A stretch of DNA of 44,928 nt from Octopus bimaculoides (GCF_001194135.2 NC_068998.1:43664965-43709892); one strand, 5' to 3'. Counted from the stretch's first letter, positions 11,448 to 24,035 are shown. A program made the numbers and translations. Notes: generated from the sequence alone by a model not told the origin.

Positions 11448-11564
11448 AATGGCAATGATAGTGTTGATGATGATGATATCATTGCCACAGTGAATGATGA
11501 CAAATTAGACAATGACGTGTAACAATCATTGTTGTCATTGTGGTCATTGTTGTCATCATCAGCA

Positions 11565-11764
11565 TAATCATCATCATCATTATCATCATCATTTAACGCC
11601 TGTTTTCCGTGCTGGCATGGGTTGGCTGATGTGACAGAAGTTGGCAAGATGGAGCATGGCACTAGGCTTCGGTTTTCTGTTTTGGTATGGTTTCTATAAC
11701 TGAATGCCCTTCCTAATGCGAACCACTTTACAGAGTGTACTGGGTGCTTTTTACATGGCACCAG
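11565..11764 (-). mobile_element. RTE-type LINE/SINE 3' tail with (ATG)n end
   Basis: Reverse complement: CTGTAAAGTGGTTCGCATTAGGAAGGGCATTCAG...CCAACCCATGCCAGCACGGAAAACAGGCGTTAAATGATGAT. Confidence 0.8.
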
Positions 11765-11936
11765 TTCCAAAATATATTTGTCTATGTTCTTTATTATCTT
11801 TTGGTACTCCCGATCCTGTGCTTGAAGACTTCGTTTCTGTAGTTCCTTATTTCCTATTTCTTATTTCACAGCCAACACTGGATAGTGGCGTTAACCTAAT
11901 CATTGTTAGCAGAATATAGCAAATGTAATATTTTAG

Positions 11937-12667
11937 AAAGCGCTTATTTATCAAAGAAGATATTACCCTTGTGGCAGATACTATGGACATGGTGAGATTA
12001 ACTTACTGCACACCAATTCTCACATGATGGATAGCTACTCTGAGAATGTATTTGATAACAAGTTTGAATAATTATTGCTATGCTCACAGCACCAGAGAAT
12101 AGTAACAACTGCAACACAATATTGATTCAAATTTTCAAAATATAAAAAAAAAAAAAGCCATTTGTTTTTTCAATTGATTATTCCTAACCATTGCTGGTAG
12201 CCAAGTCTTTTAGTTCCATTTGAATATTAAGGGTTAATTCCATGTTGGTAGAAAACCTTATATAACATATTTATAATGCAAATTCAATAACTAATGAGGA
12301 ATATGTCCAAGAATTACATAAATCTGAAGATTATGGAACGACAGATCTGACATCCTGCAATATAAAGAGGTCCAGAAATGCTTGCTCTCTCATTATTTAC
12401 ATTTCCCATTGTATTAGTGGATCGTTTTTGGAAGACATAATCTAGATATAGAGCTGACCTTTATTTTGGGACAAGATAACTATTCTCCACCACCATTACT
12501 ACCACCTAAGCAGAATAATAATTTATCAATTCTGATAGTCCATGGTTGTGGCAGGTTATTGACTATTTCTGGTAATTTCTCTTGTTCTTTATTGAAAAAT
12601 ACTCTGAAGTATCTTATTGTTTCAAGATATTCTAGTTGATTCATGTGATTGGAATCATATTGTATAA
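11937..12667 (+). CDS. Candidate exon chain 11937-11991 + 12418-12571 + 12627-12667 (unidentified)
   Basis: AG/GT-bounded and phase-compatible: KRLFIKEDITLVADTMDM-WIVFGRHNLDIELTFILGQDNYSPPPLLPPKQNNNLSILIVHGCGRLLTIS-DILVDSCDWNHIV*. The last intron is only 55 nt. No homology recognised. Confidence 0.18.
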
Positions 12668-12762
12668 TGAAACAGATTCTTATATGGACGTTGGACTAGA
12701 AATAACAGTCAAATCCACTTCATCTCATACCCTTGCAACCTTTAAAAATGGAATGAACATAT

Positions 12763-13375
12763 GGAAGGTGTATACCCAGGAAGACGTGGGATGAAGTGAT
12801 GAGAAAGGATCTTCAGTTTTTGGGCCTCACAGAGATGACAAGGGACTGCGACTGCAACTTCTGGTGGTTTGCTGTGCTTGAGAAAACACATCAAACTAAG
12901 TCAAATCGTGGCCATCCATGCATTCGGGCATGTTCTCTACAACTCTCTCTAAGCTGCGAGTTCCTTGTCTTGTAGGCTCATGGGTGCTAGTGCTATATAA
13001 AAGCAACCATGCTGGTTCCACATAAATGTGCCTGTATCAGTGTTACATTAAAGGCACCCTGTATGTTCTGTAAAGTGGTTGGCATTAGAAAGGGCATCCA
13101 GATGAGTTGGCTATGCAGAGTCTGACTTGGAGAAAAATTCAAGCAGCCATCTTCTGTTTGATTTTAACTAATTAACAAGAACTTCTAACATAACCATCTC
13201 TTCCTCCCTCCACCCAACCATCCCTCCATCCATCCATCGATGCATCCATCGATGCATCCATCGATGCATCCATCCACCAATCTTCTTCAGGTGGTTTGTC
13301 TGTTCATGTCAGACCATCCAACCCATGCCAGCATGGATAATGACATTAAAAGATGATGATGATGATGATGGTGAT
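12763..13375 (+). mobile_element. 5'-truncated RTE-clade LINE (ORF C-terminus plus 3' UTR plus (GAT)n tail)
   Basis: Translation GRCIPRKTWDEVMRKDLQFLGLTEMTRD...WWFAVLEKT matches the RTE C-terminal GRGRP.KTW...V..DL..LGL motif. It ends in CCAACCCATGCCAGCATGG...GATGATGAT. Confidence 0.85.
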
Positions 13376-14358
13376 AAGTGTATTTCTAGACAGATATCTT
13401 CATGAAAAAATGATGATGCGATTGTCATCGTTAGAACACCTTTGGTCATAGCCTGATTGTCTATGATAACAATAACCAACGCATTATTAATAATGAGGTG
13501 TTGGCACTTACTATGGCAAGTAAAGATAATCTTTAACTACTCATTTAGTTAATAAGAGACTTTGGTTTAAACTACTCAAAGGGAGATTTGGTTTGTGCTT
13601 TTAGTAAACAGAAAAGAAACGGATAAGCTTGACCCCTTTGCATAGTAAACTGCTTAAAATGATGTAGGTGATGTGAAAATCAAAATATGCAGACTATGGA
13701 AGTTACGTTGTCAGATTCTTGGTTAAGCTGACCTTCTATGAGTGTAACTAAATGTATTCATTAGGGACATTTGCACTACAAAATTTCAGAAGACTGCTAA
13801 CCACAAAATTAGAACACTTCATTTAGTTAATAAGAGACTTTGATTTAAACTACAAAGAAATCATATACATGTATGTCTATGTATGTATATATATATATAT
13901 ATATATATATNNNNNNNNNNNNNNNNNNNNNNNNNNNNNNNNNNNNNNNNNNNNNNNNNNNNNNNNNNNNNNNNNNNNNNNNNNNNNNNNNNNNNNNNNN
14001 NNNNNNNNNNNNNNNNNNNNNNNNNNNNNNNNNNNNNNNNNNNNNNNNNNNNNNNNNNNAACGGAATTGATAATAATAAATTAACAAAAAAGGAATTTAA
14101 TATTGACGCCAATCGAATATGTGAAACAAGTAAAGCGTTATAATTCATAAAGACTTTTCCAGTTATAGTAAATTAGTAATTTCTTCTTGAAAAAAAAAAA
14201 AAAGGAAAAATAAATAAAGAAAGAAATAATAAAGAAAAAAAGGAAAAAAAAAATTGTCTTTCTTTCAGTGAAGAAATATAAATCAGAGATAGAAAAAAAA
14301 AAGGCATAAAAATATATAAATCCAAAAATAATTCACCCTAAAATAACCCAACGATGAT

Positions 14359-14360
<2 letters not shown>

Positions 14361-14405
<45 letters not shown>

Positions 14406-14437
14406 TAACAATAATAAAGAGAAGAATAAAAAGAAGA

Positions 14438-14468
<31 letters not shown>
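14361..14468. repeat. (AAT)n and (ATT)n microsatellites in inverted arrangement
   Basis: Two complementary trinucleotide runs separated by about 35 nt. Confidence 0.9.
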
Positions 14469-15088
14469 TTTATGCTAGTACATTTCCAGTTTGTTTTATA
14501 TTTATAAAAATTGCCAACAATTCTTTATTATTCATGTCTTTTTCTAAAAGTTATAATGTAATTAGTTTTGATATTAACAAAAGAAGAACGAAGTAGAAAT
14601 CCATTAATCAATGGATTAATTATTCATGCTTCACACTTCATCAAATCTATTTATTTAGTTGTTTTTTTTAATTTTTATCAAAACTTTAATTTCTCTGAAC
14701 TTATGTAACTTGTGTTATATCATTGATTGAAAACGAGAAATTTAACTAGCAATTGCTGGGATCTCAGTTCAAATCCTTGCCTGGAATTTACTAGTCAGTC
14801 ATTAAAAAAGTAGCTTTCTTATTTATATTATTGTTGTTGTTATTGTTGAGCCACAGAAAGATCAGCCATGAACAATTGGACCTATGGTTAACGAGTTTTC
14901 TTGGTATGACCTGACTGTTTAGTGAGGGATATAAACATCAGGGAAAAGAAAAGTAGTATTTCCTTGTCACTTGGAGACTTGTAATTAAAACGAGCCAAGG
15001 TAGACTTTACCCACCGTTTTTCCAGGTTTGATAAAATAAGTACCTGTCGTATATTGGGTTTGATTAAAAATCAACTGTATGCTTATTA

Positions 15089-15240
15089 TAGGCACAGGAG
15101 TGGCTGTGTATAGGTGCAGGAGTGGCTGTGTGGTAAGTAGCTTGCTTACCAATCACATGGTTCTGGGTTCTACTATAGCCTCGGGCCGACCAAAGCCTTG
15201 TGAGTGGATTTGGTAGATGGAAACTGAAAAAAGCCTGTCG

Positions 15241-15273
<33 letters not shown>

Positions 15274-15436
15274 TTGTCCCCCCAACATCGCTTGACAACC
15301 GATGCTGCTGTGTTTACGTCCCCGTAACTTAGCGGTTCAGCAAAAGAGACCAATAGAATAAGTACTAGGCTTACAAAGAATAAGTCCTGGTGCTCCAGCA
15401 TGGCCACAGTCAAAAGACTGAAACAAGTAAAAGAGT
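15089..15436 (+). mobile_element. SINE family A, near full length, with tandem duplication of the first 22 nt and internal deletions
   Basis: TAGGCACAGGAGTGGCTGTGTA TAGGTGCAGGAGTGGCTGTGTGG...; the remainder matches 43514-43906. Confidence 0.9.
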
Positions 15437-15880
15437 ATGTATTATGATACATTAGAGTCACAGTTTAGGTTTGAGAAAGCTACCATAGAAAATGGTTACG
15501 TTTTCACTTGACACTACAAAAGGCATGACTATCGCAATTCAAATCATAAAATACGGGGCAATTTCCATCTAATCAAAATACGACCAAATATTTACTTTGA
15601 ATTACTTTTGGCATTTTTTTTCTTTCATTTCTATTTGTCCTTGATAAAAGGTATATCAAAATGTTAGATTCTCTTCTGTTCCTGGCATAATTATTCCTAT
15701 TGTACACATTTCTTTGTATACATTCTCTAAATAGAGTTGTTTCATTTTATATATCTGTTTTTTTTCTACCTTCTTTATTGGTTTTTGACTTCATATTTTA
15801 ATTATTTGTCTCCTCCTTACTCCTTCGTATTCTTCATTTTAGCTGGGGTTTTTTAATCTATCAATACGCACTCATCCACA

Positions 15881-15978
15881 CACACACATAAACATATACA
15901 TGCACACACATAAACATATACATGCACACACATAAACATATACATGCACACACATAAACATATACATGCACACACATA
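15881..15978. repeat. 22-bp minisatellite (CACACACATAAACATATACATG) x about 4.5
   Basis: Exact tandem copies. Confidence 0.95.
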
Positions 15979-16934
15979 TATCCACTTCAGCTGACTTCTA
16001 GCTTGTGTTTGATTTAAATAGTGATTGCAACCAAGTTCTCTTCATAAGCAGATGGGTGATAGGTTAGTCATTTATCAGAAAATAAATGAATAACCAGCCC
16101 TGAAGCATCGCTAGATAATCATTCTCTCTCCCCTTCTCTCTCACTCCCACTCTTCCCCTCACCTTCCCTCCACTTCTCCTTCCCTCTCCATTTCTCTCTC
16201 TTTCTCTCCATTGCATTTATTGTCTGCATTGTTAAGAGAATAACAAAATACATTTACCTTTGTTTACTTACCACAACATTGGTGTTATAAACTGCAAAGT
16301 GACAATAGTAATCTTACATATGTGTGTGTTTACATTCGTGTGTATGTGTGTTTTATATATGACAATGTTTATTTATGTGTGTGTGTGCATGTGTATGTTT
16401 ATATAAATGTATAAATGTATATTTTGGAAGGGTCATTTTTGCCACTAAAAAAAAACAAATGCGCTGGTCCTATTTCGTTTCTTATTCTCATCGTTAAACT
16501 ATTCAACAAACTATTTGATTACTTGATTAATCATTTGACCAACACATCAATCAATCAGTTGGTTTTCCAGAGTTCTTTCATTACTATCTGTGACCCTATG
16601 AATGACATGTCCTTGTCACACCATACTTGTTCTGTTGTCTCCAACTCTCTTTATACATATGTGTACACTTATATACATATGCATATAGATATAGATATCT
16701 TATTTTGTTTAAAAGAGTTCCAACACTGTCTGTTTTTTATGTTTTATTTATATTCCTGCAGAACCAATGCGGGGTATAGAATATGGAATATACAATATAT
16801 AATATAATATACAATATATAATATAAAATAAAATAAAATAAAAATGGATGGCACCATGAACGAAAGTATTGAATGTCGATGAAATATTGAGTGTTCAATA
16901 TAAAGGATCAAATATATAAATATAAATATATAAA

Positions 16935-16974
16935 GGCGACTCGAGTTTCAGGGCTATTTCCCTTCGTCATGGCC
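16935..16974 (-). ncRNA. Minimal type I hammerhead ribozyme motif (Penelope-associated type), with an extra A in the core
   Basis: Reverse complement: GGC C(A)UGACGA AGGG AAAUAG CCCU GAAA C UCGA GUC^GCC. Stem I GGC/GCC, stem II AGGG/CCCU, stem III with palindromic UCGA loop, GUC cleavage triplet. Confidence 0.7.
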
Positions 16975-17155
16975 GGTATGACAGACTAGTCATATCTACC
17001 TATCTACTTATCTGTGTGTATGTGTGTGTGTGTGTGTGTGTGTGTTTGTTTGTGTGTGTATACACACACATTCAATTATTTCAACCAAAAATTCTTCAAG
17101 GAGATGCTCCAGCATGGCCACAGTTTCATGACTGAAACAAATTATAGATAAAGAT

Positions 17156-17201
<46 letters not shown>

Positions 17202-17934
17202 AACACGCACATCCCACGATAGGTAGATATGTACATAACCCTATACACCTGTCTACCTCTTCGTGATTATCTATCCCTACATACCAATCAAACCACTCCA
17301 CTCCACCTAGTCTGTTAAAGAACTATATGCCATTCATTAAATATTTCTTCTTGTGTTTTCTCTGCTCTCCTTCAAACAAACCACACATTTCATTCAGACA
17401 CATTTACCAAATGAGATGACTTTACCACCATCACGCTACTGCTGGTCTCCTTATGCCATTCATTTGCATCCATTGCAGTCATTATGTCTAATCATCTTAG
17501 TTCACTTTTAGTAGAATCTTTCTGAATTAGTTTAATTTATGAGAATCTACTTAAAGCTTTAAACTGGCTAGACTAACTGAACTCACTTGTAGCATCCTTG
17601 ATAACTCTAAGAATAGACTATCCATATTAACTGTCACCACAACAACTAATCACTGCCAATTGACCAAAGTTCTACTGCTATTAGTTCTGGCGCTAGCCAT
17701 TATTCACAAGCCATTGTTCATGAACAATAAGGTAGATGTTAAAGAAGTGCAGTATTTGAAATGATTTCCCCATTGAAAGCTGTCGTCATGTTATGTGGAA
17801 CACTCCGTGATTTCCAAAATATAAGACACCTTGCAAAAGTTTCTGCCTGATTCATATTTACAACCAACCAACCAACCAAATAATATAATTATAAGATAAG
17901 ATTTTTTGTTTGTTATTTTTACGAAGTGTTCTTT

Positions 17935-18137
17935 ATTTTTTTATTCTTTTACTTGTTTCAGTCATTTGACTGTGGCCATACTGGAGCACCAGCTTTTTTA
18001 TCTAGCAAATCAACCCCAGGACTTATTCTTTGTAAGCCTAGTACTTATTCTATCAGTCATTTTTGCCGAACTGCTATGTTACGAAGACGTTAATACACCA
18101 GCATTGGTTTGTCAAGGGGACAAATACAGACACAAAA

Positions 18138-18168
<31 letters not shown>

Positions 18169-18177
18169 CATCTATAT

Positions 18178-18238
<61 letters not shown>

Positions 18239-18693
18239 AGAAATATAAATGGAGAAAAAATACTGGAGAATCAGTATACTCCAATTGGCAAAATTACGTG
18301 TTGAAAATATGTGGGAAGATATATATAAAAAGTGGAAGAGAAATGCTTTTATTTCACATAGTTTAATATCTTTTTACAAAGAAATTTATATATATATAAA
18401 TATATATATATATATACCTATTTTATGGCGGTCGTGATATCCAGCTGGTTTACACTATTTAAATTAGCTTTTCAAGGTACATTGTGAAGTAATCATTTCT
18501 TGTGATGAAGGAGTGTCGCCAATTTGGACACTTCAAAAAAAAAAAAAAAAAGCAGGCTCCTTTCAGTTTCCATTTACCAAATCCACTCACAAGGCTTTGG
18601 TCAGCCCAAGGCCATAGTAGAAAACAGTGGGACTAACCCAGAATCATGTGGTTGGTAAGCAAGCTAGTTACCACACAGCCATTTCTGTGCTTA
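17935..18693 (-). mobile_element. SINE family A pieces: 3' half 17935-18140 and head 18555-18693
   Basis: Both match full copies in the same orientation; possibly one copy split by intervening sequence. Confidence 0.7.
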
Positions 18694-19309
18694 TGAGTAT
18701 GTTGGTAGATGTTGTTTTAGTCCCAGATCAGCTGTGTTTAAGAAGATGTAAATCAAAAAGCCTTCCAGGATGACCCTCCTGTTTTATTTTGTGTGTCTAA
18801 GACATTATGTGCGATTTGAGGGAGATTTGGCTGTTATCTCTTCCTAGATAATCGCTCAAATAACGTTTCTCTCACATGATTGAATTATTGGTGGCATACT
18901 CTGGAGTTGTATTTAGTGTCAAAAGTGCTTGTTGTTGCTGTTGTTGCTGCTATGCTGGTGGTGGTGCTGGTAGCGACGGCGGCAGTGGTGGTGGTGGTGG
19001 TGGTGATACTGCTGCTTATAATGAGTGAAGATGGAGGACGATGATGACGATGATGATGATGATGATGATGACAATGAGGGTGGAATTTATCAAGCAGAGA
19101 GGATAGGATTCATGATTAAAATGAGGATGATGATGATGATGATGGTAATGATGGCATTAAGAAATACCTTTATTTCCTTACATGTCAATGATGGCAACAA
19201 AAGAAAAAAACCAAAAATTCAGTTTCCATTACTAAACCCCCCAAATTGCTTACACATGATAGGAAATGAATTTTGAAATATAGACTATTACTCAATGTTC
19301 TGGATTTTG

Positions 19310-19347
<38 letters not shown>

Positions 19348-19371
19348 CACACTCACACACATACACACACA

Positions 19372-19409
<38 letters not shown>

Positions 19410-19539
19410 ACATACAAGCATGCATACACACACACACATATGCGAGCATGCACACCCACCCACATGTGAGCATACATACACACACATACATGTGTATGTG
19501 TGTGTTATTTAGATATGTAAGTATATATAAAGACACACA

Positions 19540-19654
19540 CACACACATATATATATACAGCTTTTATTATACATGCACACATACACACTAAAATACACAC
19601 TCACACACATATATATATACAGCTTTTATTATATATGCACACATACACACTAAA

Positions 19655-19687
<33 letters not shown>

Positions 19688-19784
19688 CAGCTTTTATTAT
19701 GCAAGCACACATACACACTAAAACACACACACACATATATATATATACAGCTTTTATTATACATGCACACACATACACACTAAA

Positions 19785-19815
<31 letters not shown>

Positions 19816-19850
19816 CACAGCTTTTATTATACATGCACACACACACACAC
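19540..19850. repeat. About 60-70-bp minisatellite x5 with constant CAGCTTTTATTAT anchor
   Basis: Anchor at 19558, 19620, 19688, 19748 and 19818, with variable CA/TA linkers. Confidence 0.9.
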
Positions 19851-19855
19851 ATACA

Positions 19856-19957
19856 CTAAGACGCACACACACACACTAAGACGCACACACACACGCTAAG
19901 ACGCACACACACACGCTAAGACGCACACACACATGCTAAGACAAACACACACACGCT
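19856..19957. repeat. 20-bp minisatellite (CTAAGACGCACACACACACG) x5
   Basis: Tandem copies. Confidence 0.9.
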
Positions 19958-20411
19958 CTTATACACATTGTAGTACACCCAATCCATAATTGGTTGTTTT
20001 TCTCTCATGTCTCCTACCAGCCGTGTTTACCGTTTCCTTCATTCACAGACATTTACTTTCAAGGAATCAACGTTTCTTCCAATACTTCCATTTATTTGTT
20101 TGGGATATAATTCTTTTCATTTTTTTGCCTTTATTCTATCCATGTTGTTGTTCTCCTTTTCTTTCCCCTCTTCCTCCTCCTCCGTCTCATCATTATTTTC
20201 CTTGTTGTTGTTTTGCTTAAGACCAGCCCACATCTCTCTGACTTATGATCACAGATATTCCAGTCTCATCTGTGACGTCCTGTCTTCTTTTATGACATAT
20301 CTTAGTCTACTTAACGTTATTTGTGACTCATATGAGGAAAAAATCATACAGAGCAATGTCTGGGAACCAATTTAGTACCAGTGGGGAATTCCAAGTACTC
20401 GAGAAATTGCT

Positions 20412-20568
20412 GCAGGTGTGACTGTGTGGTAAGTAGCTTGGTCGGCCTGAGGCTATAGTAGAAGACACTTGCCCAAAGTACCACACAGTGGGACTGAACC
20501 TGGAACCATGTCGTTGAGAAGCAAGTTTCATACCACACAGCCATGCCATGCTCCAGCATGGCCACAGT
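20412..20568. mobile_element. Rearranged SINE family A (sense head start, inverted head body, sense 3' tip)
   Basis: 20412-20440 matches the + head, about 20440-20545 matches the reverse complement of the head, and 20548-20568 matches the + tail ATGCTCCAGCATGGCCACAGT. Confidence 0.7.
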
Positions 20569-21071
20569 AAATAATAATAATGGTAAATGTAATCAGTAAC
20601 AGATAAAAGATTTTTTAAATGGGATTTTCGAGAGCTGTACTAGAAGGCAGTTTCAGATTTTTAAGCACCAGATTATTGGTCCCTTAACACAGGTGAAGTG
20701 AGTACCTTGTTTGTTCTGGCTCCCTTGTTGAATCTCCTTTACATTCATGTCATTGGTGGATACAGCCCTTCTTGTAGTGTCATAAGGGTTTTGCAGTTAT
20801 ATGGATGAAACAAAGCGGAATGGATTACATACGTATGTACATACACAAAACGTACACACATATACGTTAATACATATATGCGCACATATATCTGTAAATA
20901 TATTCCCCACCACATGTAGATACACATTTCATAGATTCCCACACACTTGTACACATAATATAATGTACTCTTTCAAACACATGTCAATGCACCTCAATAC
21001 ATGCACATACATACATACATACATACATATATACACATACACACATATATAAATATACACATATATATACA

Positions 21072-21126
<55 letters not shown>

Positions 21127-21604
21127 NNNNNNNNNNNNNNNNNNNNNNNNNNNNNNNNNNNNNNNNNNNNNNNNNNNNNNNNNNNNNNNNNNNNNNNNNN
21201 NNNNNNNNNNNNNNNNNNNNNNNNNNNNNNNNNNNNNNNNNNNNNNNNNNNNNNNNNNNNNNNNNNNNNNNNNNNNNNNNNNNNNNNNNNNNNNNNNNNN
21301 NNNNNNNNNNNNNNNNNNNNNNNNNNNNNNNNNNNNNNNNNNNNNNNNNNNNNNNNNNNNNNNNNNNNNNNNNNNNNNNNNNNNNNNNNNNNNNNNNNNN
21401 NNNNNNNNNNNNNNNNNNNNNNNNNNNNNNNNNNNNNNNNNNNNNNNNNNNNNNNNNNNNNNNNNNNNNNNNNNNNNNNNNNNNNNNNNNNNNNNNNNNN
21501 NNNNNNNNNNNNNNNNNNNNNNNNNNNNNNNNNNNNNNNNNNNNNNNNNNNNNNNNNNNNNNNNNTTTTATTATTTGTATTCACAGGGATAATATTGATA
21601 TGCA

Positions 21605-22180
21605 GATGATGGTGGTGGGGGTGGGGGTGGGGATGGGCTTCATGGTCATGGTAATGTTAGCAGTGATGATACTAGTTGTAGCAGTAGTGATGATGATGAT
21701 GATGATAATGATGATAATGATGATGTTGTTGTCGGTGATGATGGTGATGGTGATGATGATGATGATGATGTTGGTGGTGCTAATGTTGATGCTGGAGATA
21801 ATATTGATTTTTTGATTGTGATGTGGATGATGACTATGATGATGACGATGACGATGATGACGATGATGATGATGATGACGATGATGACGATGATGACGAT
21901 GATGACGATGATGACGATGATAATGATGGAGATAATGTTGATGTTCATAGTGATTAATGTGGTGATTGTGACGAAGCGAGATGCTGGCTATGATGTTATT
22001 TGTGATTGCAGCGATGGGAAAGAACCTGGCATTGCTTATAACGATGGTGATGGTGGTGATAGTGATGATGATGATGATGATGATGGTGGTGCTGGTAGTG
22101 GTGATAATGATGATGATGAGTATAATGATGGTGTTCGTTGTGGTTGAGGCTGTGGTCACAGCAGTGATGCTGATGATAAT
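21605..22180. repeat. Long degenerate (GAT/GAC/GGT)n trinucleotide tract
   Basis: Low-complexity tract; source of the poly-M/H/I/D ORFs. Confidence 0.95.
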
Positions 22181-22462
22181 AATTGTATCTATCTAAAGCA
22201 AAAAAAAAAAGTCTTAACAATAGAGTCTTCGAGAAGATCACATGTTCTGGCATCCACTTTGCAGACAAACACTGTTATACGATGCAACATCTTTCTTTAT
22301 AACATCAGTGCAATGCTTCCTTTAACTTGATGCATGTTTGTGTGCATTTGCATGTGCACTTATTCATGCAGCCTGCATACACTACAACTGGTGTTTAACA
22401 TTGCCGTCACAGTCTGTTCTCTAATAAATTCATTCACATCTAGAATACTATTCCAGAATATT

Positions 22463-22870
22463 GGTTTCAAATTTTTAACCCAAGGCAAACGGTTTTGGGG
22501 GAGAGGTAAGTCAGTTACATCGATCTCGGTACTCAATTGGTACTTTATTTTATAGACCCTGGAAGGGAGAAAGACAAAGTCAACCTTTGCAGAATTTGAA
22601 CCCAAAACAAAAAATACAGGTGAAATGCCACGAAACACTTTACCCAGCATGCTAACGAGTCTGCCAGATTGCTGCCTTACAAGATATACTTGATACTGGT
22701 TTCAAATTCTGGCACAACGCCAGCAATTTTGGGAGAGATGCTAAATCAATTACATCAGCCTCAGGGCTCACTTGGTACTTATTTTATCAACCCCAAGAGG
22801 ATGAAAAGTGAAGTCAACCTCAACAGAATTTGAACTCAAAACAAGCATGAATACAAATGAAATGTCACTA
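22463..22870 (-). mobile_element. Two tandem SINE family C copies (22463-22680, 22695-22870)
   Basis: Both begin GGTTTCAAAT(T/C)T and carry GGTACTT...TTAT..ACCCC..AAGG..GAAA...AAGTCAACCT...GAATTTGAAC, shared with 10226-10594. Confidence 0.75.
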
Positions 22871-22874
22871 AGTA

Positions 22875-23180
22875 TAGGCGCAGGAGTGGCTGTGTGGTAA
22901 GTAGCTTGCTTATGAACCACACGGTTCCGGGTTCAGTCCCACTGCGTGGCATCTTGGGCAAATGTCTTCTACTATAGCCTCGGGCTAACCAAAGCGTTGT
23001 GAGTGGATTTGGTAGACAGAAACTGAAAGAAGCCCTAGGTATATATGTATATATATATATATATNNNNNNNNNNNNNNNNNNTATATGTGTGTGTGTGTA
23101 TATGTTTGTGTGTCTGTGTTTGTTCCCCACACCATCTCTTGACAACCGATGCTGGTGTGTTTACGTCCCCGTTACTTAGC
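22875..23180 (+). mobile_element. SINE family A, 3'-truncated
   Basis: TAGGCGCAGGAGTGGCTGTGTGG...GGTTCAGTCCC, matching the other copies. Confidence 0.9.
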
Positions 23181-23983
23181 TAGTTTGATTACATTGACCT
23201 CAGTGCTCAACTGATGCTTATTTCATCAGCCCTGAAAGAATGAAAGGCAGAGTCATAAATATCCCCAGGCCACCTAGCTGTTAATAGGTGCCAAATGTAG
23301 AGTTAAAACGAAATGAGTTGCCACTCCAGCATCATAACAACATTACACAAACTAAATATACACAACGCACACACTAGAGATAATCACCATGTTAATACTA
23401 CATACATATACACTTGAGATATCATCACCAAGACAACACTAGACACACACACACACACACACACACACAATAGAGATAATCACCATGACAACACTACACA
23501 CAACACACACTAGAGATAATTACCACAACACTTCTTGTGTATCACATAAAATGCACATCTGGTGTGTTACGTCAAATGTATATCTGATAAATTACATATT
23601 CATTATACGGTTGATAGAAATTCTGCACAGAGGTGTTAAACATATTAATTAGTATTCATCATGCATATCTTACTTACCTCATCTAATGTAATCAAATTTC
23701 ATAATTAAGATTTATCGTAACGTTATCTGTCATTGATTAGTAATTTCTAAATAATTTCTGGCCTTTGTTATACTTGTATGTATACAGAGATAGATAAATG
23801 CAGGTGCGTGGATTATGTAATTTTAATGAGATAATTCTCAGAGCTGGTAGTAGATATTAATAAAGTTAATTATCAATAAAGAATTTCATCGTTGTGACAC
23901 AATATGTAAAAAGTATTTCGGTAATGCCCCAGCATGGCCACTGCCCAGTGATTAAAACAAGTATGGTACAACAAACATACTTC

Positions 23984-24034
<51 letters not shown>

Positions 24035-24035
<1 letters not shown>

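Noticed and set aside
15089-15180. tRNA-like sequence with A/B boxes (also other SINE heads)
   Set aside because: These are SINE heads embedded in longer repeats and have no full cloverleaf; not tRNA genes.
23666-23760. Perfect minus-strand donor GAG|GTAAGT
   Set aside because: Upstream frames contain stops and no convincing acceptor.
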